A stretch of 64,000 nucleotides of DNA from Sphingomonadaceae bacterium (lineage in GTDB: Bacteria; Pseudomonadota; Alphaproteobacteria; Sphingomonadales; Sphingomonadaceae), in contig JBGTHQ010000002.1 in the NCBI GenBank assembly GCA_041746135.1, positions 44,823-108,822 on the forward strand, written 5' to 3'. A program made the position numbers and the translations under genes. Of the stretch, positions 48,887 through 59,766 are shown piece after piece. The first letter of the stretch is position 1. Every line of letters begins with the position of its first letter. Below the pieces are notes generated by a model that did no database searches, was not told the origin of the DNA, and saw only the letters and a list, made by a program, of their open reading frames with translations.

Positions 48887-49579
48887 ATGTCGAATCCACT
48901 ATCGCTGTCACAAATATCTTGCGCCACTTGGACATCGTTCGGTAGCGAATGCCAGCCGTTGCTAACAGTCGGTAATGCGCTGTCCGACCCCGGTTTGGTG
49001 GTCAGCATCGCGCAGCAACACGAATACCGGCCCATCGGTCCCTTTTATCCCGGAATTCGCGCACCTGTATCGGCCGAAATTGCCATGCCGCTTGTTGCCC
49101 CCATTCTTTCAGAACTGCAAACGCGTTTCGCGCTTTGTCATCTTCCAATCTATCACGAATGTTATTTGAGTGTCGTGACGTGTAACAGCAGGGATCTCAC
49201 GCCCATCCAGCGGGTGCCGCATTTCGATGGCGTCGAAAACGATCGGCTGGCCATACTCTTGTATCTCGACCGGGCCGAACAGGGCGGAACGGCATTTTTC
49301 CGGCAGCGCTCCACCGGATTCGAAAGCGTCGATGCCGATCGTTTCGGCCCTTATCGCGAAACACTGGAGCGCGAGACGGCGCAATATGGCCTGCCTGGTG
49401 GTTATATCGCTGGCGATACGGATATGTTTGAACAAACGCACCGGATCGCGGGAGTTTTCAATCGCATGATCGCCTATCGCGGAAATACGCTGCACTGTGC
49501 AGCTCTTCCTGCCGGTTTTTCACCGACGGCCGATATCGCGAGAGGACGGCTGACTCTCAATCTATTCCTCCGGACATGA
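48887..49579 (+). CDS. Hypothetical protein, possibly cupin/2OG-oxygenase-like, first gene of the TBDR carbohydrate operon
   Basis: ORF with ...VPHFDGVENDRLAILLYL...GGTAFF... (HxD-like). Function is not assignable. Confidence 0.5.
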   Translation: MSNPLSLSQISCATWTSFGSECQPLLTVGNALSDPGLVVSIAQQHEYRPIGPFYPGIRAPVSAEIAMPLVAPILSELQTRFALCHLPIYHECYLSVVTCNSRDLTPIQRVPHFDGVENDRLAILLYLDRAEQGGTAFFRQRSTGFESVDADRFGPYRETLERETAQYGLPGGYIAGDTDMFEQTHRIAGVFNRMIAYRGNTLHCAALPAGFSPTADIARGRLTLNLFLRT

Positions 49580-49800
49580 GGGGCAATCGCCAAGTTTTGT
49601 CGCATGGCATCTTCGTTCACACGGTTTAGGCAAAAGTGCAGTGGTGCGCCGGATCGCCGTTTTGCGTATACGTATGCCTTCTTTCCATATCTCTCCGTCT
49701 GGCCCAGACATACCGTAAGCAAAGCCGTCTGATCGACGCTTGCACCAGACTAGAGCGGGTATAAGCCGAACGGCATCCCGGACAACAGGAGAGGAAAATC

Positions 49801-52617
49801 ATGATATTTCGGAACAAGCTTTCCGCCGGCATAAGCGCCACCGCATTGACAGTGGCGATGTCAGCGCTGTTAACAGCGGCACCCATTTCGGCACAGGAAG
49901 CATCCGTTGAACCGGGTGACGAAAATGTTTCGGAAAAGGATAATGGCGCTGAAGATAACGTCATTGTCGTTACCGGCTATCGTCAGGCTCTGGAAAACGC
50001 GATCAACCTGAAACGGGAAAGCCCCGTGATTGCCGAAGCTTTCTCCTCCGAAGATATCGGCAAGCTTCCTGACGTATCGATTGCCGAAACGCTTGGCCGT
50101 CTGCCGGGTCTGGCCGTACAACGCATCGATGGCCGCGCACAGAGCCTGTCCATCCGCGGTCTCGGTCCGGACTATTCGACATCCTTGCTGAACGGCCGCG
50201 AACTGGTTTCGTCGGGTGACAACCGCGCGGTAGAATACGATCAATACCCCTCCGAACTGATCGATCAGGGCGTGGTTTACAAGACACCATATGCGGGGCT
50301 GATCGGGCAGGGACTGGCCGGCACGGTCGATCTGCGCACGATCCGTCCCTTGTCCAAGGGAGAGCGAATTGTTTCGCTCGGCGCGCGTGCCGAATTCAAT
50401 GAGGACGGTTCGCTCAATCCCGATATCGACGGTTGGGGCTATCGCGCGACCGGCACCTATGTCGACCAGTTTGCCGATGATACGGTCGGCGTCGCTTTGG
50501 GTGCGGCTTACCAGTCCTCCCCCAGTCAGGTGAAGAAGTTCAATGCCTGGGGTTATCCCGACGATGCGGGTTTTGCTGTGCTTGGAGGAATGAAGCCCTT
50601 TGCCAAGTCGGTCGATCTGGACCGTCTGGGCGTATTCGGCACGATAGAGTGGCAGCCTACACTGGAATGGAATTCGACCATCGACCTGTTCTACGCCGAT
50701 TATCGTGAGCGCATTCCGCAGCGCGGGATCGAATTTCCGTTTAACCCCGGCTGGGGTGCGGGCACGACCATCACCGGCAATAGCGGCGGCGATTTTCCCG
50801 ACCAGGTAAGTTTCGCAAATGTCCAGCCGGTCGTTCGCAACGATTATGACCGCAAGGACACCGAAACGTTCGCTGCGGGCTGGAATACGAAATACGAAAA
50901 TGACGATGTCATCCTCAACCTGGATGTCTCTTACTCAAAGGCTGATCGGCGTCTGCAGCTGATTGAATCCTATTCGGGCCTTACTTACGCCGCCAATCCT
51001 GCTGGTCCATCAGACACTGTCACCTATACCCGCAATTCGAATGGCTTCCCCTTCAGCTTTTCCAATGCCATCGATTATTCCAACACCAACCTGATCCAGC
51101 TTACTGATCCGCGCGGCTGGGGGGCAGGCGGTATCGTGCAGGCAGGTTTCATCAACGACACAGCAACAAACGATGAATTGTGGTCGGGCCGCGCTGAAGT
51201 GGTCGGCAAGGTCGAGCACGGCCTGATCGAACATCTGGTCGCGGGCATTGCCTATGCCGATCGCACAAAATCGCGCGATATTACGCAGAATTTCCTGAGC
51301 CTGGCGGGCGGGCCTTCGGTTTTTGCGGGTCAAGGTGCGGTGACGCGGCTACCCATTCCATCCGACGCATTGCTCAATCCGACAGCGGCCCTATCGTTTC
51401 TCGGCTTTGGACCGCAAGTTACATATGATCCGTTTGTCCTGCTGAATAACGGCACCTATGTGCTGACCGACGTCCAAAGTTCCGACCTGCCCTTCCCGGG
51501 CGACTGGACGGTCAGCGAGAAAGTCTATACTGGATATGTCCGCGCCGATCTGGACACACAGATTGGCAGCTTGCCGATGACCGGAAATGTCGGCGTACAA
51601 CTTGTCTTCACCGACCAGAATTCACGCGGGTTCAGTTCGAATGGCGGCATCGGTGCGCAGCAGATTCCGACCAGCGGCGGCGACAATTACGCCCATGTTC
51701 TGCCCAGCATGTCTCTCAATTTCGAACTTTCGCCGGATATGAAGCTGCGCTTTGGCGCCGCCCGCACACTCGCGCGGCCGCGGATGGATCAGCTCAACGC
51801 TTCGTCCAATGCCTCGATTGCCAACCAGCCCCAGGCTCCTTTGGGTTCAATCTTCAGCGGCGGCGGCGGCAATCCGCAGCTTCGTCCCTATGTCGCCAAT
51901 GGCGTCGATGTTTCCTATGAATGGTATTTCGGCGGCGGTGTCGGATATCTCGCACTCGCCGGCTATTATAAATGGCTCGAGGATTTTGTGAATCCCAACG
52001 CTTCGGTCGTGAGCGATTTTTCCTATCTCGTGCCGACGCTTTCCGGTGCACAGCTTGCGGCTTTCAACCAGAGCGGCGGCCAGACGCTGGGCCTGACCAG
52101 CGGACCGGATAACGGCGCGGAAGGGTATATCAGAGGTTTCGAAGCCAGCCTGTCGCTTCCATTTGAAATATTCAGCCAGAGCCTGAGCGGTTTCGGTTTC
52201 CAGACAAGTGCATCTTTTACCGATAGCGAACTGACCGTTTCGCCCCCGGGCAGCGATCCATTCGATGTGGATGTCCCTGGACTGTCCAAATGGGTCGTGA
52301 ATTCAACTGCCTATTTCGAAAACTCGGGCTTTGAGGCGCGCCTAAGCCATCGTTATCGCAGCAAGTTCCTTGCCGAGTTTATTGGTATTTCGGCAAGCCG
52401 GTCGTTCCGCGAGACCTATCCGGAATCCATTTTCGATGCGCAAATCGGTTACCGGTTCCAAGATGGCTCTGCATTGGAAGGATTGTCGATCACGCTTCAG
52501 GCACTGAACCTTACAAACGAACCGTTCGTTAATTATCAGGCTGGCGACCGCCAGCAGATTATCGACTATGAAGAATATGGCCGGACTTATCTGATCGGCG
52601 CGTCCTACAGGTTCTGA
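49801..52617 (+). CDS. TonB-dependent receptor, carbohydrate (maltodextrin-type) class
   Basis: 938 aa. Signal peptide, a plug (NVIVVTGYRQALENAINLKRESPVIAEAFSSEDIGKLPD) typical of sugar-type TBDRs, and a terminal SYRF. Confidence 0.9.
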   Translation: MIFRNKLSAGISATALTVAMSALLTAAPISAQEASVEPGDENVSEKDNGAEDNVIVVTGYRQALENAINLKRESPVIAEAFSSEDIGKLPDVSIAETLGRLPGLAVQRIDGRAQSLSIRGLGPDYSTSLLNGRELVSSGDNRAVEYDQYPSELIDQGVVYKTPYAGLIGQGLAGTVDLRTIRPLSKGERIVSLGARAEFNEDGSLNPDIDGWGYRATGTYVDQFADDTVGVALGAAYQSSPSQVKKFNAWGYPDDAGFAVLGGMKPFAKSVDLDRLGVFGTIEWQPTLEWNSTIDLFYADYRERIPQRGIEFPFNPGWGAGTTITGNSGGDFPDQVSFANVQPVVRNDYDRKDTETFAAGWNTKYENDDVILNLDVSYSKADRRLQLIESYSGLTYAANPAGPSDTVTYTRNSNGFPFSFSNAIDYSNTNLIQLTDPRGWGAGGIVQAGFINDTATNDELWSGRAEVVGKVEHGLIEHLVAGIAYADRTKSRDITQNFLSLAGGPSVFAGQGAVTRLPIPSDALLNPTAALSFLGFGPQVTYDPFVLLNNGTYVLTDVQSSDLPFPGDWTVSEKVYTGYVRADLDTQIGSLPMTGNVGVQLVFTDQNSRGFSSNGGIGAQQIPTSGGDNYAHVLPSMSLNFELSPDMKLRFGAARTLARPRMDQLNASSNASIANQPQAPLGSIFSGGGGNPQLRPYVANGVDVSYEWYFGGGVGYLALAGYYKWLEDFVNPNASVVSDFSYLVPTLSGAQLAAFNQSGGQTLGLTSGPDNGAEGYIRGFEASLSLPFEIFSQSLSGFGFQTSASFTDSELTVSPPGSDPFDVDVPGLSKWVVNSTAYFENSGFEARLSHRYRSKFLAEFIGISASRSFRETYPESIFDAQIGYRFQDGSALEGLSITLQALNLTNEPFVNYQAGDRQQIIDYEEYGRTYLIGASYRF

Positions 52618-52722
52618 TCTGTTGCGGAAAGGGCAGGCTATACAATTTATGTCCCTTCAAGCTTTAGATCGTGCGTGTATGAGCGGGTTGCTCTTGGTGC
52701 GCAAAGACTGGATAATGAAGCG

Positions 52723-54240
52723 ATGTCTGACGCAGAACATGTTCAAATCCTGATTGTTGGCGGCGGGACTGCGGGATGGATGACGGCCGCAGCGCTTGCG
52801 AGATTTGCGCCTTCCGGGTCGAAACTGGGCTTGGTGGAAAGCGATGCCATCGGCACGGTGGGTGTCGGAGAAGCGACGATACCGCAAATCCATCTGTTCA
52901 ATGGCGCGCTCGGTCTAGACGAAGCGGAATTTGTCCGCGAGACCAAAGCCAGTTTCAAGCTAGGGATAGAATTTGACGGCTGGCAGCGCGAAGGCGCCAG
53001 TTATATGCATGCATTTGGCAATATCGGCCGCGGCGCAGGGATGCTGCCGTTCCAGCATTACTGGCTGAGGGCTCGACAACTCGGCTTCGCCAAACCGCTA
53101 CAACGCTATTCGTTAAACGAACTGGCCGCACGCACCATGCGCATGCAGCATGGTCGGCGCACAGAAAAGTCTCCGGAGCTGCCCTATGCCTATCATTTCG
53201 ATGCCGCGCTCTATGCCGCCTATTTGCGTCGCTATGCAGAGCAGCGCGGGGTCACGCGATACGAAGGAAAGGTGGCCAGCGTGGAGCGTAACGCAGAGAG
53301 CGGCGACATTGCTTGCGTTACGCTCGATAATGGCCGTTTAATGGCAGCAGATTTCTTCATCGACTGTACCGGCTTTCGCGGCCTGTTGATCGAAGGCGCT
53401 TTGCAGACCGGGTTCGAGGACTGGTCACATTACTTGCCATGCGACCGTGCACTGGCCGTCCCATGCGCGAGCGGCGGCGATTTCAATCCCTATACGCGCT
53501 CCATCGCGCGCAAGGCAGGGTGGCAGTGGCGCATACCTCTTCAACACCGGATCGGTAACGGGCTGGTCTATTCTTCTGCCCATATGTCGGATGACGAAGC
53601 CGCCGAAACGTTGCTCGGCAATCTGGACGGGGATGCGCGGGGCAATCCACGACCGATCCGTTTCACCACAGGCAAGCGGCGGCGGCACTGGAATCACAAT
53701 TGTCTCGCCATCGGCCTATCCGCCGGATTTATGGAGCCACTCGAATCGACCAGCATCCACTTGATACAAAGTGCGATTTCGCGATTTCTATCTGTCCTGC
53801 CCACTGGAAGATGCGACCCGGCGATCGTGAATTATTTCAATGCCCAGTCCGATTTCGAATGGGAGCGCATCCGGGATTTTCTGGTGCTGCACTACCATGC
53901 CAACGAACGCCGCGGCGAACCTTTTTGGGACGATATGCGCGACATGGAATTGCCCGGCACACTAACTGCAAAGCTTGACCAGTGGCGCGCCACCGGTTTC
54001 ATTCACCGTGAGCATGAGGAACTGTTCACCGAAGTCGCCTGGTTGCAGGTTCTGGCTGGCCAGAATGTCGAGGCCCGAGCCTATAATCCTATTGCCGACA
54101 CCCTGTCCGAACATGATCTGCGCACGCTTTTGGACAACACCGAAGCTGCATTGGTCGAAGAAGTGCGCCACATGCCGCGCCATCTCGATGTTGTACAGCA
54201 GATGGTCTCCGGCAAAACTCTCAGAGAAGTTTCCGCATGA
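52723..54240 (+). CDS. Flavin-dependent tryptophan-halogenase-family protein (copy 1)
   Basis: The start is reset to MSDAEHVQILIVGGGTAGW (GxGxxG). WxWxIP motif GWQWRIPL. Conserved Lys context FKLGIEFDGW. Confidence 0.85.
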   Translation: MSDAEHVQILIVGGGTAGWMTAAALARFAPSGSKLGLVESDAIGTVGVGEATIPQIHLFNGALGLDEAEFVRETKASFKLGIEFDGWQREGASYMHAFGNIGRGAGMLPFQHYWLRARQLGFAKPLQRYSLNELAARTMRMQHGRRTEKSPELPYAYHFDAALYAAYLRRYAEQRGVTRYEGKVASVERNAESGDIACVTLDNGRLMAADFFIDCTGFRGLLIEGALQTGFEDWSHYLPCDRALAVPCASGGDFNPYTRSIARKAGWQWRIPLQHRIGNGLVYSSAHMSDDEAAETLLGNLDGDARGNPRPIRFTTGKRRRHWNHNCLAIGLSAGFMEPLESTSIHLIQSAISRFLSVLPTGRCDPAIVNYFNAQSDFEWERIRDFLVLHYHANERRGEPFWDDMRDMELPGTLTAKLDQWRATGFIHREHEELFTEVAWLQVLAGQNVEARAYNPIADTLSEHDLRTLLDNTEAALVEEVRHMPRHLDVVQQMVSGKTLREVSA

Positions 54241-56093
54241 AACCAGTTCGCATCCTTGCGTTCGCCCTCGCTATCAGCTTGTCAGCCTGCGCCGCTGCCC
54301 AGACGCCGCAGATAGATGGTGCTGCCGCGTTGCCCCCGGCTTCCGACACCGACCGCAACTTTCGCAGTCGCGTGCCGTCCGAAGAAATTGTTTATTTCGT
54401 CCTTCCCGACCGGTTCGAAAATGGTGATCCCGCCAACGATCTGGGCGGACTGCCGACCGAACGGTTGCAAAGCGGTTTCGATCCGTCGGACAAGGGCTTC
54501 TATCATGGCGGCGATCTGAAAGGCCTGACGCAGCGGCTCGATTATCTACAAGATATGGGGATCACCGCGATCTGGTTTGCACCCATATTTCAAAACAAAG
54601 CGGTACAAGGCCCGCCCGGTGATGAAAGCGCCGGATACCACGGCTATTGGGTCACCGATTTTACCCGTCCCGACGCGCATTTTGGCAGCAACGCTGATTT
54701 CAAGACTTTCGTCGACGCCGCCCATGGCCGCGGCATGAAAGTCTATATGGATATCATCACTAACCATAGTGCGGATGTGATCCAATATACGGACGGCGAT
54801 TACACTTATCGCAGCAAGGGAGATTATCCCTATTCCACCCGCGGCGGGCCGGAAGGACCGCCGATCAACCCGGGTTTCATGGGCGATGCCGACAGCTCGC
54901 CCGAAAACTTCGCGAAACTGGTCGATCCCGCCTATGCTTATGTGCCGATCGTACCGGACTCCGAACGCGATGTGAAAGTTCCCGCATGGCTGAACGACCC
55001 GATATATTATCATAATCGCGGCAATTCCTCCTTTACCGGGGAGGACAGCCGCTTTGGCGACTTTGCCGGTCTAGACGATCTGTTTACCGAACATCCGCGC
55101 GTGCGAGAGGGTATGATCGATATCTTCGGTAGCTGGATCGACCGGTTCGGTATTGACGGTTTTCGCATCGATACCGCGCGGCACGTCGATCCCGGTTTCT
55201 GGCAGGAATTCGTGCCCACGATGAAGGCGCGCGCCGAAGCGGCCGGAATTCCCAATTTCCACATGTTCGGCGAGGTTTACAAGGATGTGCCCGAAAGCGG
55301 CTATATCGCGGAATATACCCGGCGCGACAAATTACCCGCGGTGCTGGATTTCGCCTTTCAGGCGGCCATGCGCGATATGCTGGGGCGCGGCAAGGGGACT
55401 GTCGTACTGGCGCATATGTTCGATGGCGACGTGCTTTACGAAGGGGGCGAAGCGACGGCTATGGGCCTGCCGACCTTCCTGGGCAATCACGACATGGGAC
55501 GTTTCTCCACATTGGTGAAACAGGATATGCCCGGTATCTCGCAGCCCGAATTGCTGCAACGGACCATGCTCGGCCATGCGATGATGCTGACTCTGCGCGG
55601 GTCGCCTGTGATCTATTATGGTGACGAACAGGGATTCGTCGGTGACGGCAACGACCAGCTGGCGCGCGAGGATATGTTTCCCAGCCAGACCGGCGTTTAC
55701 AACGACAACAATCTGATCGGGACAGAAGCGACCACGGCAGACGCCAATTTCGACACCTCACATCCGATTTACCGCCTGATCCGCGAATTTTCCGCCATCC
55801 GCCGCGCGCACCCTGCTCTGTCGCGCGGGATGCAGATTGTGCGGCATTATGAGCAGGAACCGGGACTGTTCGCCGTATCCCGCTTCGATCCGGAAGATGG
55901 CACGGAATATCTGCTGGCTTTCAATACCACCGCGCAACCGGTCGTGCGCAATGTCGCGGTCGGATATGACGCGGGCAAGTTTATACCCTTGGCCGGATCA
56001 TGCCCTGCTCAAGTGAGCGCCCCGGGCAGCGTGAGGATTGCCCTGCCCGCATTCGGCTGGGCGGCTTGCCGGATGAACAGGCGCGCGCCATGA
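54237..56093 (+). CDS. GH13 alpha-amylase-family lipoprotein
   Basis: Lipobox LSAC. Motifs DIITNH, GFRIDTARH, FGEV and LGNHD. ATGA overlap with the upstream gene. Confidence 0.9.
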   Translation: MKPVRILAFALAISLSACAAAQTPQIDGAAALPPASDTDRNFRSRVPSEEIVYFVLPDRFENGDPANDLGGLPTERLQSGFDPSDKGFYHGGDLKGLTQRLDYLQDMGITAIWFAPIFQNKAVQGPPGDESAGYHGYWVTDFTRPDAHFGSNADFKTFVDAAHGRGMKVYMDIITNHSADVIQYTDGDYTYRSKGDYPYSTRGGPEGPPINPGFMGDADSSPENFAKLVDPAYAYVPIVPDSERDVKVPAWLNDPIYYHNRGNSSFTGEDSRFGDFAGLDDLFTEHPRVREGMIDIFGSWIDRFGIDGFRIDTARHVDPGFWQEFVPTMKARAEAAGIPNFHMFGEVYKDVPESGYIAEYTRRDKLPAVLDFAFQAAMRDMLGRGKGTVVLAHMFDGDVLYEGGEATAMGLPTFLGNHDMGRFSTLVKQDMPGISQPELLQRTMLGHAMMLTLRGSPVIYYGDEQGFVGDGNDQLAREDMFPSQTGVYNDNNLIGTEATTADANFDTSHPIYRLIREFSAIRRAHPALSRGMQIVRHYEQEPGLFAVSRFDPEDGTEYLLAFNTTAQPVVRNVAVGYDAGKFIPLAGSCPAQVSAPGSVRIALPAFGWAACRMNRRAP

Positions 56094-57733
56094 ATGAGAT
56101 GCTGCAGACTGCAAAAATGCCGGTAAGGCTCGGCAATGAGCCACACGATAAATGGTGGCGTGGCGCGACGATATACCAAATCTATCCGCGCAGCTTCATG
56201 GATACCAATGGAGACGGCATAGGCGATTTGCCCGGCATAACTCAGCGGCTGGATCATGTAGCATCGCTGGGCGTGGACGCTATTTGGGTTTCCCCTTTCT
56301 TCAAGTCTCCCATGAAAGATTTTGGTTATGACGTGGCCGATTATTGCGATGTCGATCCGATATTCGGCACGCTGGCCGATTTCGATGCCCTTATCGAAAA
56401 ATCTCACAGCCTCGGTTTGAAAGTTCTCATCGACCAGGTCTATTCGCATACTTCGGACGAGCATCCTTGGTTCGCCGAAAGCCGGTCGAGCAGAGATAAT
56501 AACAAGGCCGATTGGTATGTTTGGGCCGATGCCAAACCCGACGGTTCGCCGCCATCGAACTGGCAATCGGTATTCGGCGGTCCAGCCTGGACTTGGGACG
56601 CACGCCGACGGCAATATTATCTGCACAATTTCTTGAGCAGCCAGCCACAGGTGAACGGACATAATCCGGAAGTGCAGGACGCGTTGCTGGCTGTCGCGCG
56701 TTTCTGGCTGGATCGCGGTGTCGACGGATTTCGTATCGATGCGCTGAATTTCCTGATGCACGATCCCGAATTGCGCGACAACCCAGCCGCCCCGGCAACG
56801 AACAGACCGCGCACCCGGCCATTCGATTTCCAGCTACGCCAGCATAACCAGTCGCACCCGCACATTCCACTATTTATCGAGCGAATCCGCGAAACGACCG
56901 ACCGCTACGATGCGATTTTCACGGTTGCCGAAGTCGGCGGCGAGGATGCGCAATCCGAAATGAAGGCTTTTACCGCCGGCGAAAACCATCTCAATTCGGC
57001 ATATGGCTTCAACTTCCTGTATGCCGACCGGCTGACCCCAGAGCTGGTCTGCACCGCGCTTGCCGACTGGCCGGACCAGGATGGTCTGGGATGGCCCAGT
57101 TGGGCGTTCGAAAATCATGATGCGCCGCGCGCGCTGTCGCGCTGGTGCGCGCCGGAAGACCGCACTGCCTTTGCCCGGATGAAAATGCTGTTGCTGGTGT
57201 CGCTGCGCGGCAATGCGATCATCTATTTCGGCGAGGAACTGGGGTTGACGCAGGTCGATATTCCGTTCGAGCAGTTGCACGATCCCGAAGCAATCGCCAA
57301 CTGGCCGCTTACCCTTTCACGCGACGGCGCCCGCACTCCGATGCCTTGGCAAGCAGATGCGGAAAAAGTGGGTTTTGGCACTTGCGAACCGTGGCTGCCC
57401 GTCGGTGACGAGAACCGCCGAATTGCCGTTGACTTGCAGGAAGAAGACGGCGCGTCGTTACTCCATTATACGCGCGCCGTGTTGCAATTACGCAATACCC
57501 AACCAGCTCTTAAATATGGGTGTGTATTTCGATGCAATGCGGCGGGCGATCTGCTCGAAATTGTACGCGAAGCAGAATGTCAACGCCTGCTCTGCCTGTT
57601 CAATTTGGGTGTAGACACACTCGACACAGGTATGACAGATATGAACAAGATATTGTTTGCGACACCCGGGTCCAAGCCATCCCGCCTCGCCCCTTACGGC
57701 GCGGTTATTATCGAGGAGACACCATGCGCCTGA
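56090..57733 (+). CDS. GH13 alpha-glucosidase (oligo-1,6-glucosidase/trehalose-6-P hydrolase-like)
   Basis: WWRGATIYQIYPRSFMDTNGDGIGDLPGI, DQVYSHTS, GFRIDALN and ENHD. ATGA overlap upstream. Confidence 0.9.
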   Translation: MNEMLQTAKMPVRLGNEPHDKWWRGATIYQIYPRSFMDTNGDGIGDLPGITQRLDHVASLGVDAIWVSPFFKSPMKDFGYDVADYCDVDPIFGTLADFDALIEKSHSLGLKVLIDQVYSHTSDEHPWFAESRSSRDNNKADWYVWADAKPDGSPPSNWQSVFGGPAWTWDARRRQYYLHNFLSSQPQVNGHNPEVQDALLAVARFWLDRGVDGFRIDALNFLMHDPELRDNPAAPATNRPRTRPFDFQLRQHNQSHPHIPLFIERIRETTDRYDAIFTVAEVGGEDAQSEMKAFTAGENHLNSAYGFNFLYADRLTPELVCTALADWPDQDGLGWPSWAFENHDAPRALSRWCAPEDRTAFARMKMLLLVSLRGNAIIYFGEELGLTQVDIPFEQLHDPEAIANWPLTLSRDGARTPMPWQADAEKVGFGTCEPWLPVGDENRRIAVDLQEEDGASLLHYTRAVLQLRNTQPALKYGCVFRCNAAGDLLEIVREAECQRLLCLFNLGVDTLDTGMTDMNKILFATPGSKPSRLAPYGAVIIEETPCA

Positions 57734-59766
57734 TCATCCTGCTCGCCAGTGCAGCCACCTGCGCCCTTTCTGCCCAAGCTTACGCGGGTACTGTCACATC
57801 GCCCGACGGCCGGATTACTGTGACACTCGATGCGGATGGCGAGGGCATTCCTTTCTATTCGCTCGAGCGCGACGGCAAGGCAGTGATCGCCAAGTCCAAT
57901 CTGGGTTTTAATTTTACCGATCAGGCTCCGCTCCGCCGCGGCCTCGCCAATATTGGGGAAACCACAGATTCAGCGAACCTGCGTTGGGAGCAACCGTGGG
58001 GAGAGCGGCAATTCGTCACCGATCGCCATAACGAACTGGCCGTCACTTTTACGGAACGGAACGAAACGCCACGGCAAATTACCGTGCGCGTGCGGGTATT
58101 CGATAACGGGATCGGATTTCGCTACGAATTTCCGGCCAACCCGGACAGGCCGGTCACCCGGATTGCGGAGGAGTTGACCGAATTCAACATCGCTTCCGAA
58201 GGCACAGCGTGGTGGATACCGGCCGGCGACTGGAACCGGTACGAGTATCTCTATTCAAAAACTCCAATCCGCGAAATTTCGGTCGCGCATACGCCGATGA
58301 CACTCAAGCTTGCCGACGGCACGCATCTGGCATTTCATGAGGCGGCACTGGTTGACTATTCGGGAATGTGGCTGCGGCGTATGGACGGATTGCGTTTTCG
58401 CGCGTCGCTGGCACCTTCCTCGCGCGGTGCCAAGGTGGTCCGCAAAGGCGCGTTCACGACACCCTGGCGCTCCATCCGAATCGCCGATAATGCCGCCGGG
58501 CTTGTTGAGAACGATCTTGAGCTCAATCTCAACGAACCCAACAAGCTGGGCGACGTCAGCTATTTCGAACCCAGCAAATATATCGGCATCTGGTGGGGCA
58601 TGATTCGCGGCGACTGGAGCTGGGCGCAGGGACCCAGGCACGGCGCGACTACCGAGCGGGCCAAGCAATATATCGATTTTGCTGCCGCCAACGGATTTCG
58701 CGGTGTCCTGATCGAGGGATGGAATATCGGCTGGGACGGCAACTGGTTCGGTAATGGCCGCGACTATAGCTTCACGCGGGCCTATCCGGATTTCGATATC
58801 GAAGAGGTAACGCGTTATGCCGCAGCGAAAGGCGTGCACCTGGTGGGGCATCACGAAACCGGCGGCAATATCGAGGTGTACGAACGCCAGCTGGAAGATG
58901 CGATGGCGATGAACGAGCGGCTGGGCATCGACGTGGTCAAGAGCGGCTATGTCGCGGATGCGGGCGGGATTATTTCATGCAATGCCGACATCGCCGATAC
59001 ATGCGGCGAAGAAATATTCGAATGGCACGATGGCCAGCGCATGGTGCAGCACCATCTCAAAGTCGTGGAAACGGCCGCCAAGCACAAGATCGCGATCAAT
59101 CCGCACGAGCCGGTCAAGGATACCGGACTGCGGCGCACCTATCCCAACTGGGTCGCCCGTGAAGGAGCGCGCGGACAGGAATATAACGCCTGGGGTGCTT
59201 TTAACAACGGGCCGGACCATGAACCCACACTGGTCTACACACGGATGCTGTCGGGACCGATGGACTATACGCCGGGCGTGCTGGGCTTGATTGGCGACAA
59301 GGGGGTACCGATAGCCTCCACGCTTGCAAAACAGCTAGGACTTTACCTCGCAATCTATTCGCCGATTCAGATGGCAGCGGATTTCGTCGAAAGTCTTGCG
59401 GCGCATCCGCGCGAGCTGGCATTCATCCGCGCTGTACCGGCCAACTGGGCGGAAAGTCGCCTTATTGCTGGCGAAATAGGCGATTACGCTATTTTCGCGC
59501 GCAAGGACCGGAACAGTCAGGACTGGTATGTCGGCGGAATCAACGACGCGACAGAGCGGACACTGAATCTCGATTTCGACTTTTTGGAACCCGGCACCGA
59601 ATACCGGGCCACAATCTGGAAGGATGGCGAAGGCGCAACTTATCTGACAGAAGCCCGGCACAAGATTGCCTATGATTCCCGGACCGTAAGGCGCGGCGAC
59701 AGCATGAAGCTGTGGCTTGCGCCCGGCGGGGGCGCGGCAATACGGCTGGAGCCTGTAGCCAAATGA
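57724..59766 (+). CDS. GH97 glycoside hydrolase (SusB-like alpha-glucosidase)
   Basis: The start is reset to MRLIILLASAATCALSAQA. Motifs GFRGVLIEGWNIGWDG, GHHETGG and PHEPVKDTGLRRTYPNW. Confidence 0.85.
   Translation: MRLIILLASAATCALSAQAYAGTVTSPDGRITVTLDADGEGIPFYSLERDGKAVIAKSNLGFNFTDQAPLRRGLANIGETTDSANLRWEQPWGERQFVTDRHNELAVTFTERNETPRQITVRVRVFDNGIGFRYEFPANPDRPVTRIAEELTEFNIASEGTAWWIPAGDWNRYEYLYSKTPIREISVAHTPMTLKLADGTHLAFHEAALVDYSGMWLRRMDGLRFRASLAPSSRGAKVVRKGAFTTPWRSIRIADNAAGLVENDLELNLNEPNKLGDVSYFEPSKYIGIWWGMIRGDWSWAQGPRHGATTERAKQYIDFAAANGFRGVLIEGWNIGWDGNWFGNGRDYSFTRAYPDFDIEEVTRYAAAKGVHLVGHHETGGNIEVYERQLEDAMAMNERLGIDVVKSGYVADAGGIISCNADIADTCGEEIFEWHDGQRMVQHHLKVVETAAKHKIAINPHEPVKDTGLRRTYPNWVAREGARGQEYNAWGAFNNGPDHEPTLVYTRMLSGPMDYTPGVLGLIGDKGVPIASTLAKQLGLYLAIYSPIQMAADFVESLAAHPRELAFIRAVPANWAESRLIAGEIGDYAIFARKDRNSQDWYVGGINDATERTLNLDFDFLEPGTEYRATIWKDGEGATYLTEARHKIAYDSRTVRRGDSMKLWLAPGGGAAIRLEPVAK

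Noticed and set aside
56009-56761. 250-aa minus-strand ORF inside the alpha-glucosidase gene. The same applies to the 336-aa ORF at 59928-60938 inside halogenase-like copy 2 and the 199-aa ORF at 58255-58854 inside GH97.
   Set aside because: They are antisense shadow ORFs without motifs. The sense frames have full family signatures and form a chain of overlapping starts and stops.
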